Part shown: positions 35,801 through 48,606 of the stretch, piece after piece | Layout: each line of letters starts with the position of its first letter | Position numbering within the stretch: the stretch's first letter is position 1 | NCBI GenBank assembly: GCA_000182565.2 | Contig: KQ257467.1 | Source of the DNA: Spizellomyces punctatus DAOM BR117 | Taxonomy: Eukaryota | Reading direction: 5' to 3' (one strand) | Length of the DNA stretch: 64,000 bases | Made by a program: the position numbers and the translations under genes | Notes under the pieces: generated by a model | What the model was told of the DNA's origin: nothing | The model's input: only the letters and a program-made list of their open reading frames with translations | Database searches by the model: none

Positions 35801-38800
35801 GAAACATGGGCGAACAAATGCATCTGGGCACGAGATGTTAAATTCAAGAATCCCGCGATCGATGAGGACGCTGTCTTTTGTATGAGCTACAAGTACAAGA
35901 ATGGCAATATTGGACAACCGGATTTGAATCGGGGCGGTGGTGGTGACAACACCGTCCAGTTGGTGGAATTCACCAAAGAAGGCAAAGCAAAGAAAGTCTT
36001 GATTGACAAGGGGGTTCGAGAATTCTACGTGGTCAATGGTATCATGGTAGTCGCCGCGGAAGTTGCATCCGAGTTGAAACTCTTGGTTTCCGTGAATGGC
36101 CAAGACTTTGTGGCAGCGCAGTATCCTCCAAACACAAAGATTGAGAAAAACGTAAGGGCAGCTCTTGAAACGTGATGAATCAAAATGTTTTCGTTTACTA
36201 AACATATTTTATTTTTTTCATCAGGCGTTCACCGTCCTGCAATCCACTACATCTGGCGTCTTTTTGGACGTTGGACAGAGCACCCGCGAAAATGCTGAAT
36301 ACGGAACCTTGTTCAAATCCAACCAGAACGGAACATACTATTCACGCATGCTTGAAAACACTAATCGAAATGGCCATGGCATGGTTGATTTCGAAAAAAT
36401 GCAGGGCGTCGAAGGTATTATCGTCGGAAATGTCGTTATAAACGTTAATGAGCTCTACGGCTCCATTAGCAAAAAGCTACGTAGCACCATATCATTTGAT
36501 GACGGGAGTACCTGGAAGCCTATTACTGCTCCCAGTTTCGATGCCAATGGAAAAGCGCTCGACTGTAAAGAAGACTGCAGTCTCCACTTGCATTGTCATG
36601 CGGATATGAAAAACACTGTCATGCACGCATCGCAAGCTATGCACTCGAATGCGAATGCAGCGGGTGTCATGGTTGGTGTTGGGAATGTTGGAGCTCATCT
36701 TGACGAGTATAACGAGGGTAATGTCTACATCACGAGAGATGCTGGACATACGTGGATGGAAGTCTTTAAGGATGCTCATCGATGGGCTCTTGGAGATCAT
36801 GGTGGTTTGATTGTGATCATCAACGATGAAGGTCCTACAGATTTCTTGATGTACGTGTACCCGGTTTTGTGCGCTCAAAAACGTGAAACTGAATTTTTTT
36901 ATGGCTTGTAGGTACTCTTGGGATTTCGGCTTAAGCTGGGCAAAGTACAAGTTCGTTTCCCGCCCAATCCGGGTTGCATTGCTGACAACAGAACCCACCT
37001 CGACCTCTCTGAAATTTGTTGTTATCGGGTCTTACGCGTCAACCAACGCTTGGACGGGCGGGATGGCTGTCATTTCTATTGATTTTGACAAGATCTTTGC
37101 TCGACAGTGTCGAAAAGAGAATGGCGACTTTGAGTCATGGATGCCGAGTTCGGGCGATACTGGGAGTGGCCACCGATGCTTCCTGGGCAAGGAGGTAACC
37201 TTTCAGCGCAGGAAAGCAGAAGCACTCTGTCGGGTCGGAAAGGAATTCCAGGACACAGAAAGGAATGATAAGACTTGTCTGTGCACGAATGACGATTTTG
37301 AATGGTATTTGAAATAATGCGTCCCGTCCCCACAGAGGATCATTCTCATCGTTTTGCCATTTTCGCAGTGATTACAACTTTTTCAAGGACCCCACCACGA
37401 AAGAGTGTGTACTATTCGGTGTCGACCCCAAGAGACCAGCAGATTGCCCCAAAGGTACCAAATACGAGGGCTCGTCAGGTTATCGGAAGATCCCCGCATC
37501 GCAATGCGCCGGTGGAGTAGACAAGACAACCGACGTGGAGCGAGAATGTGGCGAAACAGGATCCATTGGAGACGTCATCATCACATCGACTAAATTGGCG
37601 GATGAGTTGGCGGACTACTTTTACTTCAATAACACGGACACAGTGATCATGTTACTTAGGAACGGAAATACTCTGATCAGTCAAGACGGTGGCCGGAAAT
37701 GGGACCGCGTGCTCCAGGATGTTAGAGTTACGGCCATATGGACTGATCCATTTTGGGATACGCGCGCCTGGTTCATCACGAGTAACAAGGAGTTATGGTA
37801 TACAGAGGACAAGGGACATTCTTTCCACTCCCTCACTTTACAGGCGGTGGGATCAACAGACGTTGCCACAGCTAGTGTCCTAAGTACGCACGCCGAGGAG
37901 AAGGGCTGGCTACTGTGGATGGGTCGGCGGGACACTTGTGACGATAAGACGTATCAGAGGTGTACTGACGCATGGTGGAGCACAGATTACGGGAGAACGT
38001 GGAAGCTCCTTTTGCAAAATGTCAGGCAGTGCAGTTGGGCAGTTGACGGGATGTTTAAGGTTAAGGACAGAAACACAGTCTTTTGCATTGACTGGATGAA
38101 GAAATCCTCTGATGTGTGGGTCAAGAGGTTGGCGAAGACGGTTGATGTTGGAATGGGAAAAGAAGGTTTCAAGACGGTTATGGAACGCATTGTTGCTTAT
38201 GCGGTGTTTAATGAGTTTATGGTTGCTCCCATGGTAAGCACCAACCGTTTTTTTCATGTTCTTGTGACAGGTACCTGACTTTCTGTGATAGCAACATGTC
38301 GACAGCAGTGAACTGATCATGCATGTGACATTGGATGGGGAAGAATGGGCTCAAGCACACCTCCCCGCGGGCTTTAAAGTACCTGATATCGGATATACGG
38401 TGCTTCAAAGTACAACTGGGAGCATCTTTCTGGACACGCTCGTGAACCGAGTCAAAGGTCGTGAGTACGGTACGCTTTTCACGAGTAATTGGAATGGAAC
38501 GTTCTACCAGCTCAGTCTGGAGAATACAAACCAAAACCTGAATGGGTATGGTGTCTCATTGGTGTTGCCGTCATGGCCGAGAGTTTGCTAATCGGGTGTA
38601 CCCCCTATAGATTTGTTGATTTTGAGAAGCTGCAAGTACTAGAGGAAATCGCTTTGATCAATCACGTGTCAAATGTTGATGAAGTTGCAGCTGGGGCTAC
38701 CAAGAAGTTGATCAGTAAGATCACGTTTAATGATGGTATGTTGGACCACATACTGTCCGCTGTGATATGCAGTTTTCGTTACCCATACTTGCAAATTATA

Positions 38801-40271
38801 GGTGCTACGTGGAGCTTTATCAAGCCACCAAATACGGACGTACAGGGGAAACCATACGATTGTTCATCGTCTGACGGGCCAAGTTGTTCCTTGCACCTGC
38901 ATTCATATACAACGCGTGAAGACAAACGGGATCAATTCTCGGCCTCCTCGGCAGTTGGCATGATTATGGCAGTGGGAAGTGTCGGGAGCAGTTTGAAAGG
39001 GTACAGAGACTCTGATACCTTCCTGTCACGCGATGGCGGACGAAGCTGGAGTGAGATAACGAAAGACGCACATAGATGGGAATTTGGTGATCACGGGGGA
39101 CTTCTTGTCCTCGTGAACGACGAGGGTCCAACCGATGTCATCAAGTATTCCCTCGATATGGGTAGAACCGACTTCCGGGAACTCAAGTTTACCAATGACC
39201 TTGGCGGGAAGTTAAATGTCAAGTACATGTTCAGTGAGCCAAAGGGTACAGGCAGAGGATTTGTCATTGTGGGGACTCTGAAAGGGGGACCTGCAGATGG
39301 GGAGACGATTGCAGTTCACCTCGGATTTGACAACCTTGGGCTTCGAGAGTGCTTGTTTGATGAATCGAATCATGACATGAGCGACTTTGAAGTTTGGAAT
39401 CCCGGCCGTGAGACCAGTGCAAATGGAACTTGCTTCTTTGGCCAGCAGGTAAAAAGCAGCTATTAAGCGCCCCCTTATCGGCATGACAATTCTTTTAAAA
39501 TGCTGCGGTTATTTTCACTTTTAGATTGATTACTATCGTCGTAAACCGGAACGGCTATGTGTGATTGGTCAACAAAATTTGGAAGGACGAACCAATGCAC
39601 GCCCATGTGAATGTACGATGGCAGACTACGAATGCGAGTATAACCACGCACGAAATGAAAAGGGCGAATGCACCCTCCTTCCCGGTCTGTTACCACCAGA
39701 ACCTCGATGCATTGACGGTCTTTTGAGAAAGCCAACCGCTTACCGTAAGCTCAAGAAATCAAAATGTCAGGGAGGTGCTAACCTGGACTTGGGTGAAGTT
39801 GTGGGGGTCTGTGGACGGAGACGGTTGAGCGGTGCCAGTTGGTTTTTCATCATCGTGGGTTCGGTGGGTGCTGCGGGAGCGGTGACGTGGGGATTCATCC
39901 GGTACCGAGGACGCATGTTTGGAAGAATAAGGTACGGCATCTGGTTACCAGGTTATGCGTTATCTAGCTGTCCAGATTCCTAATTTCCTTTCTGTAACAC
40001 TTTCAGATTGCCTGCGGACGATTACGACTACGTGGCAAACCGCGGCGGCTCTGGCGGACACGGTATCATGGCTACCGCGAACCACATTATACGAACAGCC
40101 GTGGCTGTCTTTGCAGAAGCTGGAGAAGTCGTTGTTGAGCGTGGTCGGCAGTTTTGGGACTGGATCATGGGCAATGTCAGACGGGGGGAGGGATACGCTC
40201 CTGTTGGTGTGCCTGTTGGCGGACGAACGAGTTTGGAAGATACAAGTTTATTGGATTTAGATGATTATTAG
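32814..40271 (+). CDS. VPS10: Vps10/sortilin-family sorting receptor with three tandem Vps10 (beta-propeller + 10CC) units
   Basis: Signal peptide; BNR/Asp-box repeats (SxDxGxTW); three occurrences each of YGTLxxSNxNGT, VDFE(R/K), CxLHxH, CxCxxxD(Y/F)EC and YRK; TM helix WFFIIVGSVGAAGAVTWGFI; tail with YAPV and SLLDLDDY. Confidence 0.92.
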
Positions 40272-41279
40272 TGGATGAATTTTTTGTTAGGGAAATTGGG
40301 TACATTTTGCCATGTAGCGTTTTGCTTCTTGCTCTGTGAAGGGAATAACAAAATATCAACAAATGGATATTATCATAAAAAAAAAGGGTAACCCACTGAC
40401 TGTCTACGGACTTTTGATTGGTACAATGGCATACTCCAAATGTTGTCAACGAACGAGCGTTGCCCAACCCATTGTGTACTGCACATTCTGGGAATGGGGC
40501 AAAGGTGGATTAACCTTTATGGTAGATATAAGGTTAGGGTTACAAAGATGTGTAGGGTAGATGGTAGATGACAATGTTGAGAATTTCAGGCTTGTACGCA
40601 GTATGTTTACAAAGAACCCAAAAACTTTAAACATTCCATGCAGGGATACCTCAAACGCAAAACGGACGACATGGCGATGGACGTATTGAGGCGAATGACG
40701 ACCTCTAGACCCCGATCCCGCGTTTTAATCCCCTACTGTTCAAGAGCGAAACTCTCTTTGTCAGAAACTTTCCATTCCCCATTTTTTTTTGTTTTTTTGT
40801 GGGGAAGTGGCCCTTGTTAGGATTCTTACAAGACTAGTGCGGGGTATCGGGTATCTGAGTTTACTGTGGCAATGGATTCTTACATTGTCTGATATGCACT
40901 ATAGATGAAATAGTAATGTGTGGACAATGGTGCCGATGTTGTTGGTGACTTAAGTTGTTGGATGCTTCGTTTTTTTTTTTTTTGCATATGATGCCTGCGT
41001 TTTTGTACAGACGGAGCAATATGTCACTTTTTTGTCAATATGGATGCTATCTGTTTTGATCCACATGTTTGGAAATCTCGAAAACAAGAAGTTGTTTTTG
41101 CAGTGTTGAATTCACGGAGTAGATAGACTATGCACATCCAGCACCAAGCCCATAAGGTATGTACACTTGGAGATACTTTCTAGTACTTTGAGCAAAACGT
41201 CCGTAGTGTGTCCGATCCGTCTCTTTTCGATCTCGAGCCTTGGAAATTTTACATACAAGGATTGGAAATACAAAAGACA

Positions 41280-42950
41280 TTATAAAGAATTATTTCGAAC
41301 CCTTTTTCCCGTTCCGCCTCAAACCTTCGAAAATAATGCAGAGTATGCAACATTTTTCTAATGTTATTCTGTATCAACCAACGGAAGACTAGGCATTCCG
41401 CAGATTCCTACTCTTGTGTTCACAAAATATAATAGAAGATGGATATCAAATATGTCCCTCTTCAATTGGCATCTCCAAGGGATGAAGCAAGATGGAATTT
41501 GCCAGGATATATTCAAAACGGTCTTCTCTCTCATGTTGAATAATCCAGAAGAATGTCTGTGGATTCTACCCGGAACGAAACACATCTGGAGGAGACTGAT
41601 CGTTAACCCTTTATTTACTGATAGCATCTAGTGTGCAGCTGGTGTACATTGTCATGATCAAGTTTTAGCTCTTTCAACAATACCGATATTAAGATTAAGA
41701 GGGAGAGGCGAAATATTGGTACTGTATGTTCAAAACGACGTCGATTTTGATGAAGATGGCAATCTAATTCTACGGGTTTCTCGCTGTAGTTGATGATGGA
41801 TTATGAGGATTGAAACAACTGTAGAGTAGGTACGCTTTTGGCATTGGCGATGTATAGCGGAAAACATCCTGTTCGTTGCTGGACGAAGGATTGTTCCTCT
41901 GAACCCCATCTTCTTATGACGATACCTCTAATTCTGTTCGTGTTTTGTTGTTGACTCTGATGTTCTGTTGAGGTTTCCTTTGTCATTCCCAGTTGGATAT
42001 TTTGTTCCTTTCGGGTGATTTGACGATTTGCTCGCCGCCGCTGTCCAAGCGGCAGATGCAGATGTGAAGTGAAGCTAAACAGATTCAAATAAACCAATTC
42101 AATCCACCGATTTGCAGTGGGCACACCATGTTGTCAACCGCATCATTAAGTCGGGCATCATTGGTATCTCTTTTCCAACCTTTAACAATAGGAGCCGCAG
42201 TGTGTCTACATAATACCAACGTCTTCAAAGAACGACTGAAATTATTCATTGAGCCCATTCACGATGAAATAGTCTGGTGTAAACAGATCATTGGGATATG
42301 GAGGTACGGACTACATAATTGAAGCGGTTAACAAACTTTCATAGTTATTGCAAAAGTTCCATTGGCGCTCTCTTGTTTCTGGTATTGTGGTTATCGGTGG
42401 CCTAACCTGGCTGACTGAGAGTGGGCTGTCGATCGTAGAATGGGACACGTCCAAAGGGATGAAACCACCAATATTACAGCAAGAATGGGAAGCCGTTCCC
42501 AGAATATGAGCTGTTGACAGTATGGCGTAGGAACTTGAGTTGGTTGGCGCGCCTCACCTATCCATTCCCATTACGGGCTGCAGGTTGTTAACGTCGGGTC
42601 CATAATAGTATCTATCCATCGCTCATGCTCAAGCCAGGATTCCCATATCTAATGCCCATGTCTCCGTCATAGCACTTTTGACATTTCTCAGATGGAGGAA
42701 AGTGCTACAAAATGGAATCAAACTGGCGCCGATTGTTCACGACCAGGTTGTGATTGGCCCGGTTCCTCCAAGTTATTGTCATGGTATAATGATATGCATT
42801 GAACACCATACCATACAGTATCCGATTGGATGTCTGTTGATCGGATTCCTGCAACAATGAGAATAACGTATCCATGTTCTCCCAAGCCTTTGTCATGTTA
42901 CTGTATGCTGCCACATCCGCGACTACCCGTTCTTGGATCACATTACTCCA
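41280..42950 (-). mobile_element. Highly decayed non-LTR retrotransposon (L1/Tx1-like endonuclease + RT) relic
   Basis: Colinear degenerate motifs on the minus strand: DTLFSLLQES (LQET), IMGPDVN...DR (GDFN), RQWNFxNxxSLL, QMCFVPGRI (QxGFVPGR), EKTVLNISW (DFEKAFDxVSW), LLY...TRVGICG, GLRR (GLRQG); many stops and frameshifts. Confidence 0.5.
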
Positions 42951-43721
42951 ATTGATTCAGAGTGTAGCGTATTTTCAAATCCTTTCTGATATAAAGAAAA
43001 TTGGCAGGACGTGAAATCATGACTGCGTCATGTCTTTCCGAGCTACCATCGACCTTGTGCTTGCTTTCAGACCTGTCGCAAGGCAATGGCTTTACAACAT
43101 GGATGCATGAATCCCGAACCGCTGAACCTTTCATGACAGGCCCCGGTGACTGAAGATCCCAATAAAAACAGCGTTTCTAAACTCCGAGGAAGTAGCATTT
43201 ATTTCATCATGAGAAAAAGGGTTTATACGCGACCACGGTACTCTGACTACGGGTAAGTGGGATTTACCGTCACATTGAATGTGGGGGTTGCGGCCACCCC
43301 AACCCATCGTTTTTGCCAAGCTATTGCGACGTTTCACGGCCGACGATACAATAAGTTATCATTCGTTGGCCTTGTATTACACCGCCGCCGAAGAACTCCA
43401 CCGGAGTAATTTAGGGCTTTAATTGTAATCTACAATGTCAACATCGTAGAACATATAGCTCCGGAAAGCGAAACGATTCATGTTTCGATCGTTGGAAAGA
43501 ACACCTCCTAGTAGATTACGTAAGTGTTCCATCCAGAAGTCACATGATCTTAAGCGGTGGGCAATAATAGCGCGAAACTCGGCCCTCTGCTCGGTGGGCG
43601 GAGAACGAGGTTCGCTTTGTTTGGCGTTTGAGGTAAATTTGGGAAATTGGGATGGAGGAGATGTTTATATGATAACCCGGTGGAGACGAGATACCCCACA
43701 CCAACGTACAGTCGAAAAAAA

Positions 43722-44750
43722 ATGGAAATGTACAGAGCTGATATTTTACCGCTATTAGCGAGCAACAACAATGACATCAAGGACACGGTCCTCCTCCCGC
43801 CGGCTCCAAAGCCAAGACGACGACTGAACAAGAAGGTTATCCTCAGTTGTGGCATCTCACTCCTACTCCTCATGACGACTTGTGCAACAATTATTTTCAT
43901 CCGGCGCCGTTCAAAACCTCTCCCTCCTATTTACTCGATTACTTTGGACGGTGAGGATGTGCCTCCACTGAACCAAACGACAACCCTTGCCTTCACGGTC
44001 ACCGATTCCAATACCAATCAACGTGTCTCATACGAAGAATTTGCGGTTCCCGGGGAAAAAAGTCTACATGTAGCATTGGTGTCCCCGGGTGCGCAAGTAT
44101 TCGGTCATATCCATCCAGAGGATTTTGGCGGTAATGACCTCAAGGTTGATTTTCGATTTCCTGTATCTGGAAATTGGGCGGTGGGAGTTGGCCATTCTAG
44201 TGGAAAGCATCTATTTCATGCTACCGTTCCGGGTGAACCCGTCTCTACACCAGTGCTGGGCAACTCTACATGGGAGACGATCGGTCAAGGACTAAAGGTC
44301 TCGCCAGGGGACGTTTACACTTCTCCGATTTACTTTAATGACGATGCCATCGCTGTTCACGGAAAGTACATTATGCGTCTTGAGATGCTAAACAACGGGA
44401 CCAATGTACGCCCTGGTGCCTGCACACCGTTCACAATACGAGTGTACGACAAGGCGGGGAATGTCATCGACGATCTTCGCCCTTTTCTTAATTCGCCTGC
44501 CCATGTCATCATCACCCGATCCGACCAAGCGAGTCTATACCATGTACATGGGTTGCCGGCTACATTAGCAGCACGGTGTACGGGCGGCCGCAATGCGGCG
44601 CACCTTCATAGCGCGATGGCCATGAGTTCTGTGCTAAATGGGGCAGTGGGCTTTGATGCATCGTTGGAAGTGGGTCACTGGACAGTCGTGGCACAACTCG
44701 CGAGAGGGGATGAAATGATTGTTGGCAGGTTTATTTTAGTCGTTAGTTGA
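43722..44750 (+). CDS. Intronless membrane-anchored protein with paired His motifs, resembling bacterial secreted heavy-metal-associated proteins
   Basis: One TM helix (VILSCGISLLLLMTTCATIIFI); repeated motifs EKSLHVALVS...FGHIHPED and LRPFLNSPAHVII...LYHVHG; FPVSGNW and GHWTVVAQ; first in-frame ATG at 43722. Confidence 0.7.
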   Translation: MEMYRADILPLLASNNNDIKDTVLLPPAPKPRRRLNKKVILSCGISLLLLMTTCATIIFIRRRSKPLPPIYSITLDGEDVPPLNQTTTLAFTVTDSNTNQRVSYEEFAVPGEKSLHVALVSPGAQVFGHIHPEDFGGNDLKVDFRFPVSGNWAVGVGHSSGKHLFHATVPGEPVSTPVLGNSTWETIGQGLKVSPGDVYTSPIYFNDDAIAVHGKYIMRLEMLNNGTNVRPGACTPFTIRVYDKAGNVIDDLRPFLNSPAHVIITRSDQASLYHVHGLPATLAARCTGGRNAAHLHSAMAMSSVLNGAVGFDASLEVGHWTVVAQLARGDEMIVGRFILVVS

Positions 44751-44921
44751 GATTATCTAGCATCTGTAACACAAAAGCCATGTAGCAACTGGTTTGTACA
44801 TAGCGCATTAGTACCCTCCCTTATCCAGGGGATAACATAATAGGTAGTAATATAAATGCACATTCATTGACCCCTGATCTCTTCACCAACGTGGCCGTAT
44901 CTCCGCCTTGTCCTGCCCTGA

Positions 44922-47282
44922 CTATGCCATGACACCCATTTCACGCCTGAGATTGTCTCTGATTGAATCGATCGCCTGACATTTTACAAAGAATGCCACG
45001 TTGGGATTTTGAGCGAGCAAGGGAGAGGGTAAACGTGATACATCAACTTACAGCATATGAAGAGTCCCGATTAAAATCTGCTGCCCTATGAAAGGACGGG
45101 ACCGCATGGGTTAAGAGCCACATGGCAGATTGAATGTTTCTTTATTTCCGTTACTTTACCGCTTGTCACGAAGGAGTTGACCTATTTCCGTCTGTAGATT
45201 GATCATGACAAAAGTAAGGACTCAATATGAGGCTAACCAAAGTTTGAACAGAAAACTACAAACCTGCAATTCAATCTTGCATTTTGTCAACTCGTCTATT
45301 TGAATGTGGGCTTGCAATCGGTCCCGATCTGCAGTTCATAGAACGTTTAAGAGTTTTGTTGAAAAAGGTCCATGCGACTCTTCTCGGGCTTTTACCATAC
45401 TGCTCTCTTAGCTCTTTCAACTTTCTGTTCATTCTAAGAACATGAATGAAAAGGATTAGGTCCAAAACCATATTCGATGGCTCTATGGGTGACAAATGGA
45501 GCAAAACTTTTGCCAACATACGTTTGGACAACCTCATCTAATTCAACCTCTTTCTTTTTTAACGCTCTTCGCAATCCTTCTTCCACCTCTGCCGAATTTC
45601 TCAATGCCTTCTTGGCAGTATCCACAGCTTGATCTCTGGCATGCCGCGATTCCTCGGCTGTGGTCAGTACCTCCTCCAGATGCCTATTGGTTGCTTGTAA
45701 CTTTGCATTTTTTGCGTCCATGTTTAAAAGGTACTTGTGAAGTAAAGATGTGTGGGATTTGTCCAGATCTTTATGGCTTTTCTGAAGTTGTTTGAGAGAT
45801 GTTGTGAGATGTTTGAGAGTAGGGAGAAGAGGTTCAGGTGCTGCTGACTGTATGGCCAGGGCCGTTGTGGAAAGAAAGGTGATGCAACTGAAAGTACAGA
45901 GTTGAATATCGCAGGAGAACATAAGGAAAATGTACGAGGTACGCACGCTCTGTAATCATCTACGACTGGTTCCCATTTCTTTTTCCACACCTTCAAACCT
46001 TCCATTTCCCTCTTGACACTCCTTAATCCCACCAATTCTTCTTCCAGTTTCTCACACTGTATCGTTCGCTCTCGATTCAGTTTAACTGCATCTTCTAGTC
46101 GGGCAGTTACTTCCTCCAAATGCTGGGCGGATTCAGTAGATGCCGATGTAAGTTTTGTAATGGCTTTGTGTTGGGTTTGGGTCAAGGATAAGAGGGAGGC
46201 GATGTGAGGTGTGAAAGACCGAAGTTGATTTTGGAGTGTTTGCGCTGCAGTCTTGTAGATTAGGGTGAAGGAAAATTGGCGTAGCTGCTTAATGAGCCGC
46301 ACCTTTGGAAGCAATTAAGTCATCGGTCGACAGCCTTAGTTTTAGAGATTCGAGTTCAGAGGTGAGGGATGTTATACGGACGGACTTTTCGGCACAATTA
46401 GAACAGTTGCGAGATTCTGCTTGTTGTCTGGGTCGTAAAAGGTTGGTCCTCTTTTGTTACTGTATGGAAGCCGGGGAAGTACTCACACCTTCTCCCTAAA
46501 CATTTCCGCATTCCTCAATGCGTTTTCCCTTTGCATCTCCAAATCTACCTTCTCCTTCCCAAGTATACCAACTTTTTTGTTCAGCTCAACAATTTCTGAC
46601 TCTCGTTCTGCCAGCCGATCTTCGTATGCTCTGAGGAGGGGCACTGCTGAACCTGTTGGCCGGCAGTTCTATAGAGATATTGGCGATGTATGCCAGGAGG
46701 AGAAGAGATGCAAACTTTTGAAAATTACCTGGAGAAGGTGAGCGAGAGAACTTGACGAGGGAGGAGAGTGCTGAGTTTGATACCATTGTAAAAGTGCATT
46801 TTGTCGGTTTACTGCAACAAATAGAAAAGAGCACGGCATGGTGAGTCACCCTCAAGATGACATTTCAACGTAGATTCTTCGCCGTTCAGCCCACCAGTAT
46901 CCTTCAGTTCTCGAAGTTCATCCACCCACTTGTCACCGACATCCAAAGCATCCACACTCCTATTCACTACATCTTGACGCGTTTGCGTTTCTCGCTCGCT
47001 GTGAACCGTCTGTGCCCTTTGCTCTGTCAAAAACTGTCTAGCGGGTGGGGGCCGTTCCTGAAAGGACGGTAGTGCCTGCCGTACGGCAGGCTTCCACGTT
47101 GACGTCGATCGTCCCTTTGTTTCGAGTAAAGGAGGGGAAACAAATGTGGCGGACTCGCGAGACGCTGGGAGAACGAGATCAGAGTCTTGTTGGGTGGTGG
47201 ACAGAGTTGCGTCTGAAACAAGAGGCCGCGCATGGCTGGGGAGTGAGATTATATGGTGATGGGATTTGGGAATAAGATCCAT
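44922..47282 (-). CDS. Multi-exon coiled-coil protein of unknown function
   Basis: ATG 47282; E/K/L/Q-rich heptad exons; terminal exons splice as ELREQYDRDRLQAHIQIDELTKCKIELQTEIGQLLRDKR...AIDSIRDNLRREMGVMA-stop at 44922. Confidence 0.7.
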
Positions 47283-47644
47283 TGCTACTGTTTTCTTTGG
47301 GATCTATGGTGGAGAACTGGGTTTTCCTGGGCGGAAAGTTTGGGATCTCGGACGGCTTACGTTAACCTTGTTCCGACGCGACTTTTGTCGTTCAGATATT
47401 GAAACTTACGACAGTCCACGCCGGTACAACTTGTATTTGACAATAGTATAAGGGACAGATGCAGTAAAGGCAACGAACCAGCGTCATGTTTGCATAACAT
47501 CTTCAATTAGACAATGTTGTTCTAGCTATGAGGTTTTTTCTTTGTCCATTGCATCTCTTTAGTTACGGTTCAACAGCAATAGACCCTGGAAGGGCAGATG
47601 CCGCGTATCCATTCCAGAGTTTCTTGCATAACTCTTGGGCGCGC

Positions 47645-48606
47645 TTAAGCCTGGTTCTGGCTGATAATACCCTGGATCCAAGACTTGTAGGCCTCGACCT
47701 TGGTCTGTAAATGCGAATAGGTCAGGATCGTATTACAGGACAGTAAGATGTTCTAGCAAACAGGGGAACAAGACTTACGTAGACACCAGGCTTGCCCTTG
47801 ACAGCACAGCCCTCACCCCAGGAGGTGACACCCTCAACGCTGTAACCGCTGGCGGTTTGAACAAAGAGAGGGCCTCCAGAGTCACCCTGGCAAGTGTCAA
47901 CACCACCCTGAGGGAAGGCAGCACAGATGTTGGTAGCAGTAATCTTACTGGCACTGTAGGCTTTTGCACAGTCTGCCTGAGATACTACAGGGACGGTGGC
48001 CTCCTGAAGGATGTTAGCGTCGGAGTTGTCGTTTCCGTCTTCTGTCAAACCCCATCCTGCAATTTTGACTTTGGTGCCAGCAGTAGGGGCCCCGTTACCG
48101 TACTTGACGGTTTCAAGGGTAGAACCAAAGTTGCTCTTTTGCTTAAGAACCCAGATAGCAATGTCGTTCTTGTCAAGGCTGGCCGAGTACTGCGGGTGGT
48201 TGATGACCTTTGATACACTGAAGACGATACCCTTCTCCGCGCTGGGAGTCTTGGATTTGTCCCAGCGGTGGGTGTGGACGGTGGTTGACGCGACAGGGAT
48301 GCCAATGAGGGCCGGGCTGCAGTCTACAGTTAAAAAAGGGATTAAGCCTGTGCGCAAGCATATCAGAAATCATAATGTAGTATACTTACGAGCAGCAGTC
48401 AAGTAGATGTTGGGAGCAATCATGGATCCACCACAGAATTGTCCGCCATTGTACTGAGCGAAAGCAATCCAGTTGTATGCAAAAGGCGAGGTATCGTCAC
48501 CACCAACGATTGAAGCTGGGGGAGGGGTTTGTTGGGGGATGACACCACCCATGACAGCCGGAGCGGCGAGTAGGGCAGCGGTGAGATAGGTGTTGAGGGG
48601 AGCCAT
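47645..48606 (-). CDS. Secreted trypsin-like serine protease (S1A)
   Basis: Signal and propeptide then IVGG; CGGS; TAAHC (His codon split by an intron); NDIAI; DTCQGDSGGP (S1 Asp implies trypsin specificity); SWGEGCA; PGVY|TKV...WIQGII. Confidence 0.95.
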
